From positions 77,190,001-77,254,000 of the forward strand of contig OZ024742.1 in NCBI GenBank assembly GCA_964016885.1: a stretch of DNA of 64,000 bases. Direction: 5' to 3'. Source of the stretch: Eledone cirrhosa. Its lineage: Eukaryota. The notes beneath the pieces are model-generated. The model was given only the letters and a program-made list of their open reading frames with translations. It searched no databases and was not told the origin of the DNA. Numbering within the stretch: the first letter of the stretch is position 1; each line of letters opens with the position of its first letter. Made by a program: the position numbers and the translations under genes. This document shows positions 38,351 through 53,806 of the stretch, in pieces.

Positions 38351-38915
38351 CCCTGCGATAAACATCATACATACAATATATAATAGTTTCTATTGACTAA
38401 TTTTTAAAAGAAATAAAAAAAAGGCCTGAAACATAAACACATTTCCCCTGTTTGGCCTGATAACATGTTTTTTCCTGATTAATATAACAAGAATTGAAAA
38501 TGGATATAGATTTCTAAGCCACATGTTAAAAACTTTACATAAACCTACTGGCACAAACATTAACTAGTCCATATAATCCACAAACATATGGCCGTATACA
38601 ACAACACATTCTGACAATAACTGATGTTATTAAAATCAATTAATGAAAATGATAGACCGGATTCCTGTCGAAATAACGTATTCGTTGCCCTCAGGAAAAC
38701 CGTTCATATAAGCATGGGTTTCTTCGATGTTCTTATATTTTTATAACACTGAAACTACACTAAGGATATTTGTTGAATGTAGTAACAATTTGATTTAGAT
38801 TGTGTGATGAATGGAGAGGTGATCATTCAATATATTTATGATTTAGCAACGTAAATATTAGTGCAACAGAAGTATTAGGGAATAGAAATTCACCTTTAAA
38901 TTCAAAGCTGTGCCT

Positions 38916-39047
<132 letters not shown>

Positions 39048-39139
39048 AGAGATAGACAGAAGGAGAAAGAGAGAGATACGTGTGTGTGTGTTTTTTGTGT
39101 CTCTGTGTGTGTTTATATGTTTGTATGTACGTACGTAAA

Positions 39140-39930
39140 AGTATGTCATATCATTGCAGTGGGGTAATACGCTGTGAAGTCTACTTTCTTCAAAAATTCT
39201 GCAAACTGTTTGCGTCTTATATGGCTTCTGACCACCGAAGCCCAGTCCGCTATCCTTTTCGTGGCGGTGATGTTTGGAATTGAGATGGAGAAAGGGCAAA
39301 GACGAGTAAGTGTCCTCTTAACACCTGTTCCTCCGGGTAAATATATCTGGTAAGATTTGGGTGGCACAGTGTTTAAGAGAAGGCTCACTGTGCTCTCAAC
39401 ACCGAGGTATATGGTAAACGAAATTATGACTACTCATCCGTACGCCGAATTTCAAAATCCTGCGTGTTTATGTAAAGGAGCAGATTAAGTCCATTGCGAG
39501 GGAAAGGCCCCGAGTTGTTGTTACGGCATTTTTCTAGAAGAGGGAAACTCTGAGCGAAACCTGGGTTCTACTAGAATACTGGTTTCCTTTCTTAGGATTA
39601 TCATCAGATAATATGTACTCCGTCTCAGGTAATCGTATTTTACAAACCTTTCGCCTTTTATATTGTTCTCATCGGGTTTTTTTAACTCGCCAACTGATAC
39701 AAACCTAGACTCTGACACCATGTAGACATTGGCATTATTGCGGCAACTACTGGAGTGTCACGGTATTGGAGGGTTGGCAGTTACAGGAGTTGGACTTGGA
39801 TTTTGCTTTTCTTGCTGGATTGAAAAGTCACATCTGTGGCGATTGAGATTTGCAGGAATGACTGAAGGGATATTGAGAGAGCTACCATCTGACCTGATGA
39901 AGCAATCAGCATACTTATCATACGTATAGT
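39140..39930 (+). mobile_element. Probable RTE LINE 5' UTR relic
   Basis: CTAGAAGAGGGAAACTCTGAGCGAAACC resembles the RTE/BovB 5' UTR motif CTAGGAGAAGGAAAACTCTGAxxxxAAACC. Confidence 0.45.
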
Positions 39931-39936
39931 TGAGTT

Positions 39937-40003
<67 letters not shown>

Positions 40004-41797
40004 TGTGTTTGTGTGTTTCTGTGTGTGTGTATAGAATGGGAGTTACCAGTATGAATCATAAGGCTATTTTCAGTTATATACTTGGTACTTGAAATAGTAA
40101 AGTGTGTATGTATAGTTAAACATTTGTGTGCGACGGCTGCGCTCATCCGTATTGCACCAATTGATAACTGTATATATGAATCTTCATAAAAATGTAAGAT
40201 TCTCAGAACGATGGGTAGCTGTAAATTGCTGATTATTATATGTATAGTAAAAAGTCGGGTTAATATGTGTGTTTGTGTGTGTTAGCATATAAGCATGTTA
40301 ATAAACCAGGAGATGGGTCAACTTTCACGCATAATATACTGTAAAAAATACATATGAGCAAATATCTAACTCCCTGAAATATTGCCATGCAAAATTATTT
40401 TAAGATCAGGAAGCATGGACGATTGATAACGACAAGCAGATGCATATGAAACATTTAGATCTCCCACACGGAATAGAAAACAACGTAACATAATTAATCA
40501 AATCTGTAAATAAATGAATAAATGACGTTATCTTCCTATATTGAATTAGACACACAAACACACACATACAAACATATGCACACGCAAATAAATGTGAAAG
40601 TAAAACATTCCATAACATTTGATTTGTTCGTCAGATTAGAAAATCTTAAGTCAATAGTACAAACAATAATTAACGTAATTTCGAAGATCTTTGCCCCCTT
40701 TTGTCTCAGTTGCTTAAAGACACAGGAATCTATGACAACTGAATTGAGGTGATGCATTTCAGAAAACCTTACAAATGCAGTCCGACACGCAGACATAAAC
40801 ACATTCACACTTGTATATTCGTGTGAATGTGTGGAAATATGTATTATGTATATAAGTGTGCATATCTATATGTATATAAGTATATATGTAAGTGTTTATG
40901 TATGCGTGTATGCATGTATGTAAGTATGTAAGTATGTATGTACAACATTCCTGTCTGACTGCGTACATAGCATTACACCCTTAATTATGCTACGATATAT
41001 ATCACGATGTGACAATTTGGGAATTCGAACATCGATTAATGCATTTATTTTCAATTGGATCTCGTGTAATTTAAACATTTTCTTATCTGTCTCAAGTGAC
41101 TGCACACAGGCACTTTTGGTCGGTAAACAAAACAAAAGACACTTGCATGCAGTAAATTAACTATTTCTTTTGGGCAATTGCAAAAGAGTTCTACTTTTGC
41201 ATCAAAGAGATTTAGAATCAATAATTCTTTAGGAAAGTCTTTTGAATCCACGATGCAATTATTTCTTTCTGATGTATGTTTGTTATAGCATTTTCTTTTG
41301 CAATTGCTTTCTATTATTTCTAAAAATCTCTTCATTACACACTTTTCCATATTTGTGTCGTAACAATATATATCCATATTCGAGGAATAGGCATATATAT
41401 ATATACATATTTATATATATTCTGTGTGTGTGTATATAATGTATCAGTTGCATACAGACAGATGCTTATATATCCATAATATCCACATTCCTATAAACGT
41501 ACAGTGAAAGAAATATGACACTTCATAAGTCATGCAAGCTGGAATTAAAAATGCTACATAATATTCATCGAAGAATATTATACAGAAATTTCTATCTCTA
41601 GTATCCACACTCATTCACAGATTTTATCATACATAATCACATAAGCGTATTTATGCACAAGATGCATATATATATATATATATAAGTTGAAAAAAATGAA
41701 AACGAAATTTCATTTCTCACTCTTAGTATGGCACTTACTTAAATGTAAGTATGTATGTATACGTACATACACATATGTATACAGACGTACAGTAGCA

Positions 41798-41843
<46 letters not shown>

Positions 41844-42015
41844 TATATACACATATGCATACAAGTACACATACATATATGCACGCATCAGTTTAGCCGA
41901 CGTTTATTATAACGCCTGCTTTGTTCGTTTGTTTGTCAACAAATCGAACAGCCTGAATTTATGCCATACGGTGTTAAGGCAACCACGTCACCTTTTTGTT
42001 CAACATTGACACAGG

Positions 42016-42060
42016 AACGATGTACTAGTTTCAAGCTTGTTAGCTATCATCAGCACCGTT
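42016..42060 (-). ncRNA. Type I hammerhead ribozyme (inverted copy)
   Basis: Reverse complement of 42511-42555. Confidence 0.88.
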
Positions 42061-42295
42061 TACCCATCTGCCAGATAGTTGAACGTTCGAAAGTAAATAC
42101 TTTCCTTATGAAAATTAACGGCTGAGCATCCTAATGTGCATATTGAGTGAGTTAAATCGGTCAGGCATACCGGAAACGATAAGTTGAAAAAAAATGAAAA
42201 CGAAATTTCATTTCTCACTCTTAGTATGGCTCTTACTTAAATGTAAGTATGTATGTATACGTACATACATATATGTATACAGACGTACAGTAGCA

Positions 42296-42405
<110 letters not shown>

Positions 42406-42510
42406 TATACACATATGCATACAGGTACGCATACATATATGCACGCATCAGTTTAGTTTTCATAAGGAAAGTATATACTTTCGAACGTTCAACTATCTGG
42501 CAGACGGGTA

Positions 42511-42555
42511 AACGGTGCTGATGATAGCTAACAAGCTTGAAACTAGTACATCGTT
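42511..42555 (+). ncRNA. Type I hammerhead ribozyme with canonical core
   Basis: AACGGTG-CTGATGA-tAGCT-aaca-AGCTt-GAAA-CTAG-TA-CATCGTT. 7 bp stem I, palindromic CTAG loop III, GUA site. Confidence 0.88.
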
Positions 42556-42837
42556 CCTGTGTCAGTGTTGAACAAAAAGGTGACGTGGTTGCTTTAACAC
42601 CGTATGGCATAAATTCAGGCTGTTCGATTTGTTGACAAACAAACGAACAAAGCAGGCGTTATAATAAACGTCGGCTAAACCGATGCGTGCATATATGTAT
42701 GTGTACCTGTATGCATATGTGTATATATATGTATATATATATATATATATATATGCATGCTACTGTACGTCTGTATACATATATGTATGTACGTATACAT
42801 ACATACTTACATTTATATATATATATATATATATAAG

Positions 42838-42883
<46 letters not shown>

Positions 42884-43424
42884 TCTTATATATATATCAC
42901 ATAACCATATATATTCTGAAACTAGATTGTCCAAGATAATTGGATAAGTATATATCATTTTAATGAAAGGGTTCCCCGGGGCCACAAACCCCCGCTGACA
43001 ATTTTTTCCCTTCGATTTATATGAAATTTAAACCATAGTAAAATGACAAGCTATGATGCCGATTCACAGAATTTCAGCAAATTTCAATAATATTAAGACA
43101 CCATAATTGGGGTTAAACACACTATAGTTAAACTAATGCATTACACAAAAATGAAATGATCAAGTTTTGAATTGATATTTTGAAAAAAATTATTTACAAG
43201 AAACAAAATAGGAATAAGATTTAATAATGTAATTTTGATTTGATATATTACAAAAATTAATGTTTTCCAATCTTTCTTGCATTACTTTTTACATTGAGTA
43301 ATATTCAAATGCAGAGTTTTTCTCCATAAATTATATCACTGATTTAAAATCAATCATCATTTTGTTCAAAAACAAAATGTGTGAAACGCAGCAAGGCCTG
43401 GGTAATTCGACTATATATATTTAT

Positions 43425-43494
<70 letters not shown>

Positions 43495-45470
43495 CTGTAA
43501 ATATTAGCGAGGGCCATATGATGTTGTGTACAAATGTATTCAGCTTTTAAACATATTTCGCTGGGGTTGACGCTGACGATTTCCACGTAATCCTCGGTCC
43601 GATTTCATCAGATAGCAATGAGAGATAAAATCAAATATCTTCTAATTTTCTTCGATATTCGGTGCCGGCTTTTAGCTTATTTCCATTAAGCTGGCTGGCC
43701 CTGTATAATTTCTACCCTTGTCCAACACTATGGTGGATGTTGGGTCTAGTTTCCCATCTCATGCAACAACCGGTAGGTTTCATTAAGTCATACGCATGAA
43801 TGCAAATTTTGAGAATCCTTTACCTTCCTTTCTTCTCTCAATCTAATGGTGATATTGGTTGTGGTAGTAACACATTTACTCTCCCTCACGTACAAGAATT
43901 CTTGCCAGTTATCGCTAGGTCTCGATAAATGAGATCGTGGGAGGAAAAATTCGGTAAAACAGAAGTTGAATAAAGAATATAAATTGAATATAAAATTAAA
44001 TTAAAATTATGTAAAATCAAGTAAATATATAATTAAAGAAATATGGAATTAAGTATATATAGGGATTAATGGGCAATGAGGAGACAAGAGGGAGGCATAG
44101 AGGTCCTGCACCCCCAATCATGTTTATATTGTAAAGAATGTTTATGGACAAAACAACCGAAGAGATTCAATCACTCAAGAAGCCAATTTCCTCAGAGTGG
44201 AATCTTGCTGTATAAATGGGAATGTACAGGGTGATATTTGGATTGTCAGAATGTCCCCTACACCTTGCTGCAAACAACAACAAAACCATTCGAGATGATT
44301 ATATATATCTTCTACAACCCCATGATGGATAAGTACACGCATACACCACCCTGTTGCTGGATAAACGTCTCCAAACACGTTATTGTTAGAGCCACACATA
44401 CCTGGAGCCACTATGTCTCACCGATAAATGTAAGAGATAAAATCTATTATGTGAAGTGAATGTTATTAGGATATACTAACTTAAAATATAGTGAAAGTCA
44501 AAACTCTAAGATTAACAGACTACAATATAATAAAATCAAATATAAGAAAAAATATGTAACAGATAAAATATCATAAAATATAATGAATTAGGTATTTACA
44601 AAAAGTAAATAAAAATGTACATTCAATAAATTAAATTAATAAAAAATAAAATAGTGACTAAATAATATGTAAAGAAATATAAAAGAGAGGCATCATATAA
44701 GGAAATATGGAGATAAATTTAATGCAAATATTTACGTGGAAATGTAAGATAAAAACGGATAAAGAAGGATAATGTATATGTGATATAAGTGAGCTATAAA
44801 ACACGTAACAGAATGTAACAAAAGAAGTAATATAACATAAATTAACAAAGGTGGTATATAAAGAGTATACATAGTTTTTTTTAGATTCTGTAGGAAGCGG
44901 TGTGCTAATATTTGTGATCTTTCGGTTGTAAAAGCTGTTCTATGGTATTGTTTGGAAAAAGGTAATCGTGTGGAAGTAGATATTTCGTGTTCTTTCTATT
45001 ACTTTGTGTGTGAGGGCACCCGGTGTTTCGTACGAAGTAGATTAAACCAGTACTTCTTCATTTCATGGAGTAGCACACAACCGTTCGGGAGCTGAAATCA
45101 TTTTTATAAGTTAAGCGAGTAGACTTGTGAAATCCACACTCCAATCAGTTAATTGTGATAGTAATAGAGTAAACGACGCGACAGCATGTTCTAATTAAAG
45201 TTCGTTTTTGGTAGTTCAAGGAGGAGTATACATACAGAACAGTGAATATTAGCGATGGCAATGTGAAATGCATAAATTTATTTAGCTATTAAGCATATTT
45301 CTCCGGGCTCGACTATTAGGTTGTATGATTTCCCTCGTTTGATTTCACACACACACATACAGACACACACAAACATACAGTATATATATATATATATATA
45401 TAATATATATATATATAGAGAGAGAGATAGAGAGAGATAGAGAGAAAGAGAGAGATGTGGATGTGTGTGT

Positions 45471-45503
<33 letters not shown>

Positions 45504-45504
45504 T

Positions 45505-45557
<53 letters not shown>

Positions 45558-46521
45558 TCTCGGTGAGAATGTGAGTGTGTATGTATAAAGAACTAAATCT
45601 TTAGAAGTACCGCCTAACAAATTTTACTTAAACTTAGTGTTATTCCACCGATAGAATATGAACCATCAAAACACCGTTCATCACAATGCAGAATCATTGT
45701 TTCGAAAATCCGCAACTTTACGTCAATTGAAAAGAAATCTATATTTATCAACTTTAAGCAATTTCTATTCATTTAGTAGTAACTTTCATAGCCAATACTG
45801 AATACTCAATGAATATGCAACACACACATGACAGTAAAATCTCGCTTTTAAGTATACGAAACGGCGTCCATTTACACAAAACATTCTATATTCGCTATAA
45901 ATTTATGCATCAGTTATTACTCTTTTAGGTAAAAGTAATTGCTTTTCTCTCCACCAATTGGAAGACATCTCAGAAACGATAATACACACTTTGATAAAAT
46001 TCTGCCTTTACTTACAGAATTAGATATAATTGTTGCTAAATGATGCGCTTCAACACAATGTACTATTTTTATATCCATATTTATTTTATCTTGACCACCA
46101 CCACCAAACCTTCCACATCCACATCCACATCCAAATCCGCAAGCACATACACAAACTTTATTGTTTTACTTTCATCTCCTTCAATTCTCTTCTATTTTCC
46201 AGCGATATTCTTTTTATATTTCTGCACCATAACTTAAAAGTTTTTTAGTATTTAGGCTATATTAGTTTTTCTCTTATTTTATTTATTCTTTACACTTCCC
46301 CTCAACAAGTACGCACAGACTCGGTAACATAGACATATAAGGATATACGTATAACATCACGCAACATATACGCATGAAAAGTTGTGATTATGTCTAGAGA
46401 CAATCGTGCAAAAATGAGCATATGTATATATATCTATCTATAACAAACACACATAATATACATACATTCAAACATACAGAAAGCACACACACGCATATAT
46501 ATATATATATATATATATATA

Positions 46522-47560
46522 CACGAGGAGAAGTCTTGTTTCTGGAATTAATTAAAACAAATGAAGGGTTCTACAAATTCATAATTTTTTGACATAGTAC
46601 ATAGTCTCGTTGCTCTTCAATGCACTTCATTCAGAGGTCCACAAGCTTGCTTATTTCATCGGATAAAAAGGTTTTCGGTTGGTCGAGCAGCCCTTTGTAC
46701 ATCGCCTCCTGCAACTTTCGTCTGTAGCAAATCATCCACATTGTAAATGATGTTTGAGCAGTCCAAAGAGATCATAGTCGGAATGAACGATGGTTTCAAA
46801 TGTGTAAGCGGCCGTATGTAGGCCAGAATCGTCATGCAACAATAAAACATGCTTTGATAATAGACCACGGTGTTTATGGCAAATTCCTAGGTTCAATATG
46901 TTGGGAGGTATTTTACTGTAGCCCAAACATGTGATTATGGACTCCTTTTCCAGCTAATGCTCCAGTATAGGCGACTTTACGTCCCACCGACTGGTTAGTA
47001 TCACCTTTTGTGCGAAAATTAATATCTTGCATCTGTTTTTAGCCGGTTTAACATGGGTGTTTCCATTCCGTATTCTGCCTTTTAGATTCTGACAGAAAGT
47101 GAGGGTCAGGGGCCGCAACTCTGATTACTACCTCCAAAAATGCTACAACTTTACTTAATGTAATGGTCGGGAAAGCGACGACAGATCCCCCAAGGGATTG
47201 CACTTTTTTGTTTCGGCATGCTATATTGGCACTCACGTCACACAGACAGTACTAAAGCGAAGTTTGTCTTGCATGATTTCGTATCCCAAACCATGTCCAA
47301 TTTGTAGAACACATGCCACTTCATCGAGGGACACAGGCTGGTTCATCAGAATCATTTCTTGGGTCTATTGAATTTTCAAGTCAGGGAAGAGGCATGATGA
47401 CCTCCTGCTCTCCATTTGTGATTCAAGCTTGGCTGGCTATTTTGTAACTTCTTGATTCACGCATAGACAGTTCTATGCGGTAGAGCGCTGGCATCGCGTT
47501 GCATGGAAATCCTGCAATGAATTTCAGCACTTGACACACCATCAGACTACAGAAACGATT
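46522..47560 (-). mobile_element. Mariner (Tc1/mariner) transposon relic
   Basis: HFLSESKRQNTEWKHP and RGLLSKHVLLLHDDSGLHTA correspond to mariner ESKRQSMEW and LLHDNARPH. Left end CACGAGG follows TA. Confidence 0.8.
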
Positions 47561-47569
47561 GAATATATA

Positions 47570-49460
47570 TTGGTATTAGGTCTTAGCTCACGATGATTTT
47601 CCAGAAATAGCCGAAGAAGATTACCAACCAGGTTTTGAAGATTGCAGATGTAATCATCTTTATCGGAAGTTTTATTTGATGACAGTTGCTTGACAGTACC
47701 TTGTATTTTATTCAAGCTTGGATGTAATGCAAATTCGGATATTTCTGGCTTTCTTTTTAATGGATGATATTACACTTTCATCTAGTTTGACTCGTGGTTT
47801 AGGAAATATTTAATGTGTTCCTTCCACCAAGAGAGTATATCTTATTTGCCTGTGTATTGGGTTGTAGTATCAGACAATACAAAACCTTCAGATAATTATA
47901 AAGGTACTGGCGTCCATTTTATCAGCAGCTTTTTATTCAGTTGCTCTAGCTAGCCACAAAGCATCCTTCATATTTCTTTATGCCCTTTCGGGAAGCCAAA
48001 ATATCATGAAAAATTCATACAAACTGGATGTATGAGTCAAGCTTTCCAGATAGTTCTATCTTTCTAGCGGTTCGTCAAAAAGCACCAACATCAATCTTGA
48101 TTGAGATAAGCGGCATTTGATGTCACCTTTTGTTAAGAAGCTTGAAGGAAACATTATGGGGCAGCAGTTCATGATCCGAGATATAACAAGAAGAAGGCAC
48201 AAAGTGCATGATTTTGAAATAATTTAGGTTACGCTTGTGTGCGATAACGTAAACAATATTTGGATCAAGGATTCATCGATGTCTTTTGGTTTGTAGCTTG
48301 TTGGAATATTCATTAGTGATGCTAAGATCAAATTCCTTGCAGAGTGAAAGCAGCCTAAGCCCATTTAAGTGCATAAACCCGACTCCATTAAATTCAAAAG
48401 TGTCTTGCCATCTTTTGATAGACATTTCCAACTATAGCATTGTTTGTTCTTGTAAAAGACTGTGAAGACACCTGAGTAAAGTTGCCATATAATGTTTCGT
48501 TATCCTGTTCAGAGGAATGGAGAGTTGGGTCGTAACAACTCACTAGTGTAACAAAGTTGTTGTTTGCTAGATCCAGAGAAATAGTCTTGATGTAATCAGT
48601 GTAAGGGATTTAGAAATACCAGATCTAATGACAAACGAACAACAGATTGATTGTTTTCCTTTCACATCTCCCGGACCAGAACACTGTGTACCCTTCTACT
48701 TCTTATTTTATCTGATGTGTGCCAGAGTGTCAGGTTTCCTTATGCGACAAATATCGATATTATATCTATTGAGTGTGATAAAAATGAGGGCTGATCTTTC
48801 CAGATTTGAACTACTATTCCTGAGTGTTCTACCATCCAGAAAGAAAAGTTTAAATGGTTTAGTTTGTTTCAACCGCATATTTGGATAGCTGGCAGCCACC
48901 ATTGACTGCCAAGCTTAAAGAATGAACAAGTCTTTTTAGAGTTCCTTCTAACACACGCTTTTTGTGTGGGGGATTCAGTGTTATTCAGTGTTATGATTCG
49001 GCGTTTTCAAATTTAGAGGACACGAACAGCACACATTACAGGATCCAACTAAATACATCCTGTAATACCTGTTCTTTGTCTTCGTCACATTTGCTATCTC
49101 ACAGTATGGGTTTTGTGTTAATAGAGTTATATCATATATACAGAGAACGGGTAGAGCTGATGAGCTACCAACACAATTTAATTGTTTATAGTGGTGAAGG
49201 GTTTTTGTCGGACCAGCCACACTTTTTGGAAATGTTGATAACAAATGATTGGCCAAACAATTGCCACGAACCCAGTGAATAACACACCTCAGGGATTGGA
49301 TGGCTGTAGAATCCTAAAGGTTACTCAAATCCCTTAAGTAGGTATTGTTTTTCGTCCCGTAGGATATCCAACAATCCTCTTCCCATGCTGGCTTGGTGTG
49401 GTTCGCAGTGTAGTCATCGATGTCCCGACAATGTGACAGGGTGTATTGAGATACTACTGA
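47570..49460 (-). mobile_element. RTE/BovB-like LINE 5' part (UTR plus AP endonuclease), decayed
   Basis: LERSALIFITLNRYNIDI resembles ERRTALVARELARYNIDI. Downstream FVTLVSCYDPT is APE-like. Multiple stops. Confidence 0.7.
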
Positions 49461-49618
49461 CAAGTATCGCTCAAATATGACATGAGGCATATACACACGC
49501 AAACACACAGACACACTCACGCACATATACATACGCACACAGACACACAGACACACTCACACACACATACATACACACACAACCACACACGCACGCACAC
49601 ACACACACACACACACAT

Positions 49619-49659
<41 letters not shown>

Positions 49660-49900
49660 CATATATATATAAAATATACCAGAAAGACGATTTAATTTGT
49701 ACATCCCTATTTATTTTGTTATACGACTGCCTTCTAATATATATATATATATGGAATGTAAAAAAGTAAGACACAAGTTGATATATATATAAACAAATAG
49801 AAAATAGAAAAAAATATTTCTTCTGTAGAAAATATAGGAGAGATTTTTTCAATATAATATCAAAACATTAATTTATAAATTAGGTATTTCAGCATTTAAT

Positions 49901-49940
49901 AATGGTACTGGTTTCAGCATTATATGCTTTTTCAACTGAG
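49901..49940 (-). ncRNA. Hammerhead core, U3-A8 variant, in a short PLE end
   Basis: TTGAAAA-AGCAT-ata-ATGCT-GAAA-CCAG-TA on the minus strand. Stem I is not obvious. Confidence 0.55.
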
Positions 49941-50867
49941 GATGTGCAAAATGCAATTAAGCTGCATATCTATACGAATAATAAAAAGGGGAAGAAAAAT
50001 TATTAGTTTTACATACATATTTAGAGAGGAAAGATCATATTTCTGTCTGTGGTCCTCCTTCGTTCTCTGTTAAAATATATTATTTATCAATGTTTGATCT
50101 TATTTGACTTATGGTGCACTTCATCAGTCAGAGAACCCAATCCCATCATAGTGCTCTTCAATTGAACACATTCATACACACCGTTAGAATTACCTGTTCT
50201 ATCTGTTTGATGCTGTCGTCACACGAGAGCTCTAAGAAAGAGGAAACGGCTTTTGAGAAAACAGGTTTTGTGCCTTAAATTCGAAAACATGAATTTCCGC
50301 TAAAGAAGATCTCAGTCAGTTTAAAACATTATTTATACACAAACATAAAATTGCAAATATATATTCGAACAAGCGATTTAAAAACGGATTGTACAAATTA
50401 TATAGAAAGCACCTCAGCCAAATTGGCACATTAATTTACGAAGGTCACCAAATTTATTTCACCGAGCTCCAGCCTCTCTCACTCACTCAATGAATGAGCA
50501 AACATTTGCTCAGAGTGTTTATAAATAGTTAATCAGTAAATACGATGACAGTGCTCTGGTGTTGATACTCAAATTATAGAAATAATTCTCACCATGGGTG
50601 GTGTAGAAAATGAATATTTCCTCAAAATAATATTCATAGTTTCTGAGTTAAGTAAATATGACGTTAAAACGCCGTTTCTTTAAATGACCGGGGCCTGCAT
50701 GCAATATTATGAAATTAAATATATATATATATATAGTTAGGGAAGCAGAAATTTGCTTTTTGTGATCCAGTTCGTGGTTAAGAAAGCCAGTTTCATGGAT
50801 GGTTTCAACGTACGGTTAGGGGTAACTCCACAAGTTTATAAGAATTCCGTTCAATCTTGGAGTATAA

Positions 50868-51297
50868 AGTATAAAAGAGAAAACACAGGTAAGCATTAAG
50901 AGAAGGATTTTATCCAAGTATTTACGACCGTTTCATTGGTAAGTGCAACCTTATATTGCTATACTGCAAATAGCAGCGACTCAATTATAATTGTTGTTGA
51001 CAGTCCAAATTTTCAAAATAGTGAGTAAGTTACTCTTGAAATAATTCTTAATATATAGAGAAAAACATTTATTTGGAATTGTATTTACTAGTATAGAGAG
51101 AGAGGATTCAGAATGTGAGGGGACAAACGGAATAGTATAGAGAGAGACAAAGGGGGTTGAATTAGGAAGTAGAGTGACAAACTGAGAATGAGGGAGGGGT
51201 AGAGGTGGAGGATTCCTTGATCAGTTTTGATATGCAGACTTCATGTCGTGGAATGTAGTGAGTTAAAGAGAATTAAATTGATCATAGTGGGAGGGAT

Positions 51298-51343
<46 letters not shown>

Positions 51344-53479
51344 ATATAAAGAGATTAACTATATATATAAACTATATATATAAAAAATAAAGATAAAGAT
51401 AATAATGACAAAAAAAAGCAAAGAAGGGGGGAGAAAGAAGAAAAGAAAAGATAGCCAAAAAGGGGAGGGGGGGGGGAGGAAGAAAACGAAGAAATAGAAG
51501 AGGAATGAAGGAGAAGGGGGGATATAGGTATTGGTTTTTGTGGGTAATTAAAAGGGTTTAGATACAACAAGCGGGTATAAAGTCTAAGTATATACAGTTT
51601 GTCAGTTGGTAGTAAGAGGTTAAGGGTTCGATTTGCACTTGTAGTGCGAAAACTTCTCTTTGAGTCTATGGTTACAATAAATTGATCTTTCGATTTTATT
51701 GTTGAGTAACTTATTCTTCGAACTCAAGATGTGGAACAGCTCAAGGTCGCATAATCGACGGCTTCTCATACCACCCCGATATGGGCGCGCGTTCGATAAT
51801 GTTTTCCACATCAGGGTGTATTGATGGTTACTTTCCCTCAGTTACCAGGTCTTGTTTGTAAGAGTAGTTACATAACGATGCTGGGAATGTTTCATTGCGT
51901 AACGGTGTGTATACCCACGGGCTTTAAATGTATTCCCACTCGCTCCGATGTAATACCATTTCTGGTTGTCTGATTCCACTGCACATTGGTAAACCAGGTT
52001 AGACTGCATGCATTCATTATGTAATGGACAGGTTTCAGGTAGGTGGCAGTTACAATTCTTGCCGTGGGCAACTTTGGCATTATTGGTGGGCTGCGATGCC
52101 TGTACAAGTGTGTTACGTTCTGTTTGCCTATTAGTGGGTGGTTGTGTATTAGATATTATGTTGTGTTCAATGGTGATTGTATTGTTATTGTTGTAAATTT
52201 GTGTTCTGGTGTTGTTATGTATCTATTTAGCGTTAAGCATCTTAATGTGTGTCTCTATGTTTGGTGCCGTGGAGTAAGATAATCTAATATATTTAGTGTT
52301 AAGGATTTTGCTGTATATATGTGAATCTGGAAAGTGCTTATGTATTATTCTAAAACAAGTAGAGGGTAGGTTAGTACTAATAGAGGTGTTAAATATGGGG
52401 TTATACCAAATATATTTTCTACTGCGTGACTTGTTTGATTTCGATGTTGTATTTCTATTTACCGTATACTTTGTAGTTCTATGCGTGTGTGCGTGTGTGC
52501 GTGTGTTTCTGGAGTTTGTGTTATGCGTGTTCGTGTGAGCTTTACGGAGGCTTTCATCTATATATTATACTCTATCTAAGTGGCCTGCTTTGTCTAATGA
52601 GGTATTGTAGTATTCTGCATGTTCTTCTAAGATTCGTCGGTTAGACGAGAGGCGGGAGATCCTAAGGGATATGCTGCGTGGAATGGATTTAATTATGGAT
52701 AGTGTGTGGTTTGAGTTACAGTTGATGTATGCTAAGTTTTCATTAATCTTGTGAAAAGTCTTATAAGTACCGTATTTAGGTTAAGCGTCGCGTCTAGAAA
52801 TTTAACTGTTTTAGTGCTATACTCATACGTTCTGCTAAGGCCTAGTTTCCCGAGAGTCTTTCTAATATTCTTACGGAGTTTTTCTATGCTCTGGTTATTT
52901 AGGTTCTTAACTAGGAGAAGGGCGTCGTCTCTGTAGATTCGACCGTGAAGGTCGCTAAACTCACTTTGTAAACTATGGGCTATGTAAATACCTACTAAAT
53001 CTGTGACTTGAGCCGAGTCGTTAGCCCCCATCGTAATGTCAAAGTTATATGATCTATCCTTACTTTCCTAATAGGCGTTTTCAAATTTAATTATTGTTTT
53101 CCTAGCAGCTAATATGATTTTTATCTCGTCGTCTGTTATATCAGAATTGGCTTTGGCGAATGCTAAGGCGTTATCCAAGGTGTTGGGGGATATAGAGGAG
53201 TAATAGTCGTTAATGTCAAATTGTATAAATTTAGATACTCCTTTGTTAGCTGTATTGTTAAACCAATTAATTGTTTCGGTAGCGTTACCCCATAGTTTAA
53301 TCACTAGTTTATTCTTCATTTGTGCTATCACTCTGTCTAATATATGTTTACTAATTTTCCCGATGTCCGATGTGGACAGGCATATAGGCCTATTTGCAGG
53401 ATAGCAATATAAAGTTGCACTTACCAATGAAACGGTCGTAAAATCCTTCTCTTAATGCTTACCTGTGTTTTCTCTTTTA

Positions 53480-53484
<5 letters not shown>
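50868..53484 (-). mobile_element. Second Naiad-type PLE family, 5'-truncated, with a short inverted pLTR
   Basis: FIQFDINDYYSSI, FDITMGANDSAQVTDLVG, IYRDDAL, CNCHLPETCPLHNEC, NLVY...YYIGAS, LCDLE. 50868-50973 recurs inverted at 53390-53484. Confidence 0.9.
50919..51020 (-). ncRNA. Hammerhead motif with U3-A8 core and long stem II insertion
   Basis: TATT-TTGAAAA-tTTGG...(~65 nt)...CCAAt-GAAA-cgG-TC-gtaAATA. Confidence 0.55.
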
Positions 53485-53578
<94 letters not shown>

Positions 53579-53751
53579 CATGAAATTTAATATATATATA
53601 TATATATATATATATTTAATTTCATGATATTGCATGCATTATCAGGTCCCGGTCATTAGAAGAAACGGCGTTTTAACGTCATATTTACTTAACTCAGAAA
53701 GTATGAATATTGTTTTGAAGAAATAATCATTTTTTACAGCCACCATGGTGA

Positions 53752-53806
<55 letters not shown>

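Noticed and set aside
39575-39680. Two apparent HHR cores on the minus strand (CCGATGA...GAAA and CTGATGA...GAAA)
   Set aside because: Stems I and II do not pair convincingly, and the + strand looks like an RTE 5' UTR. Probably chance matches.
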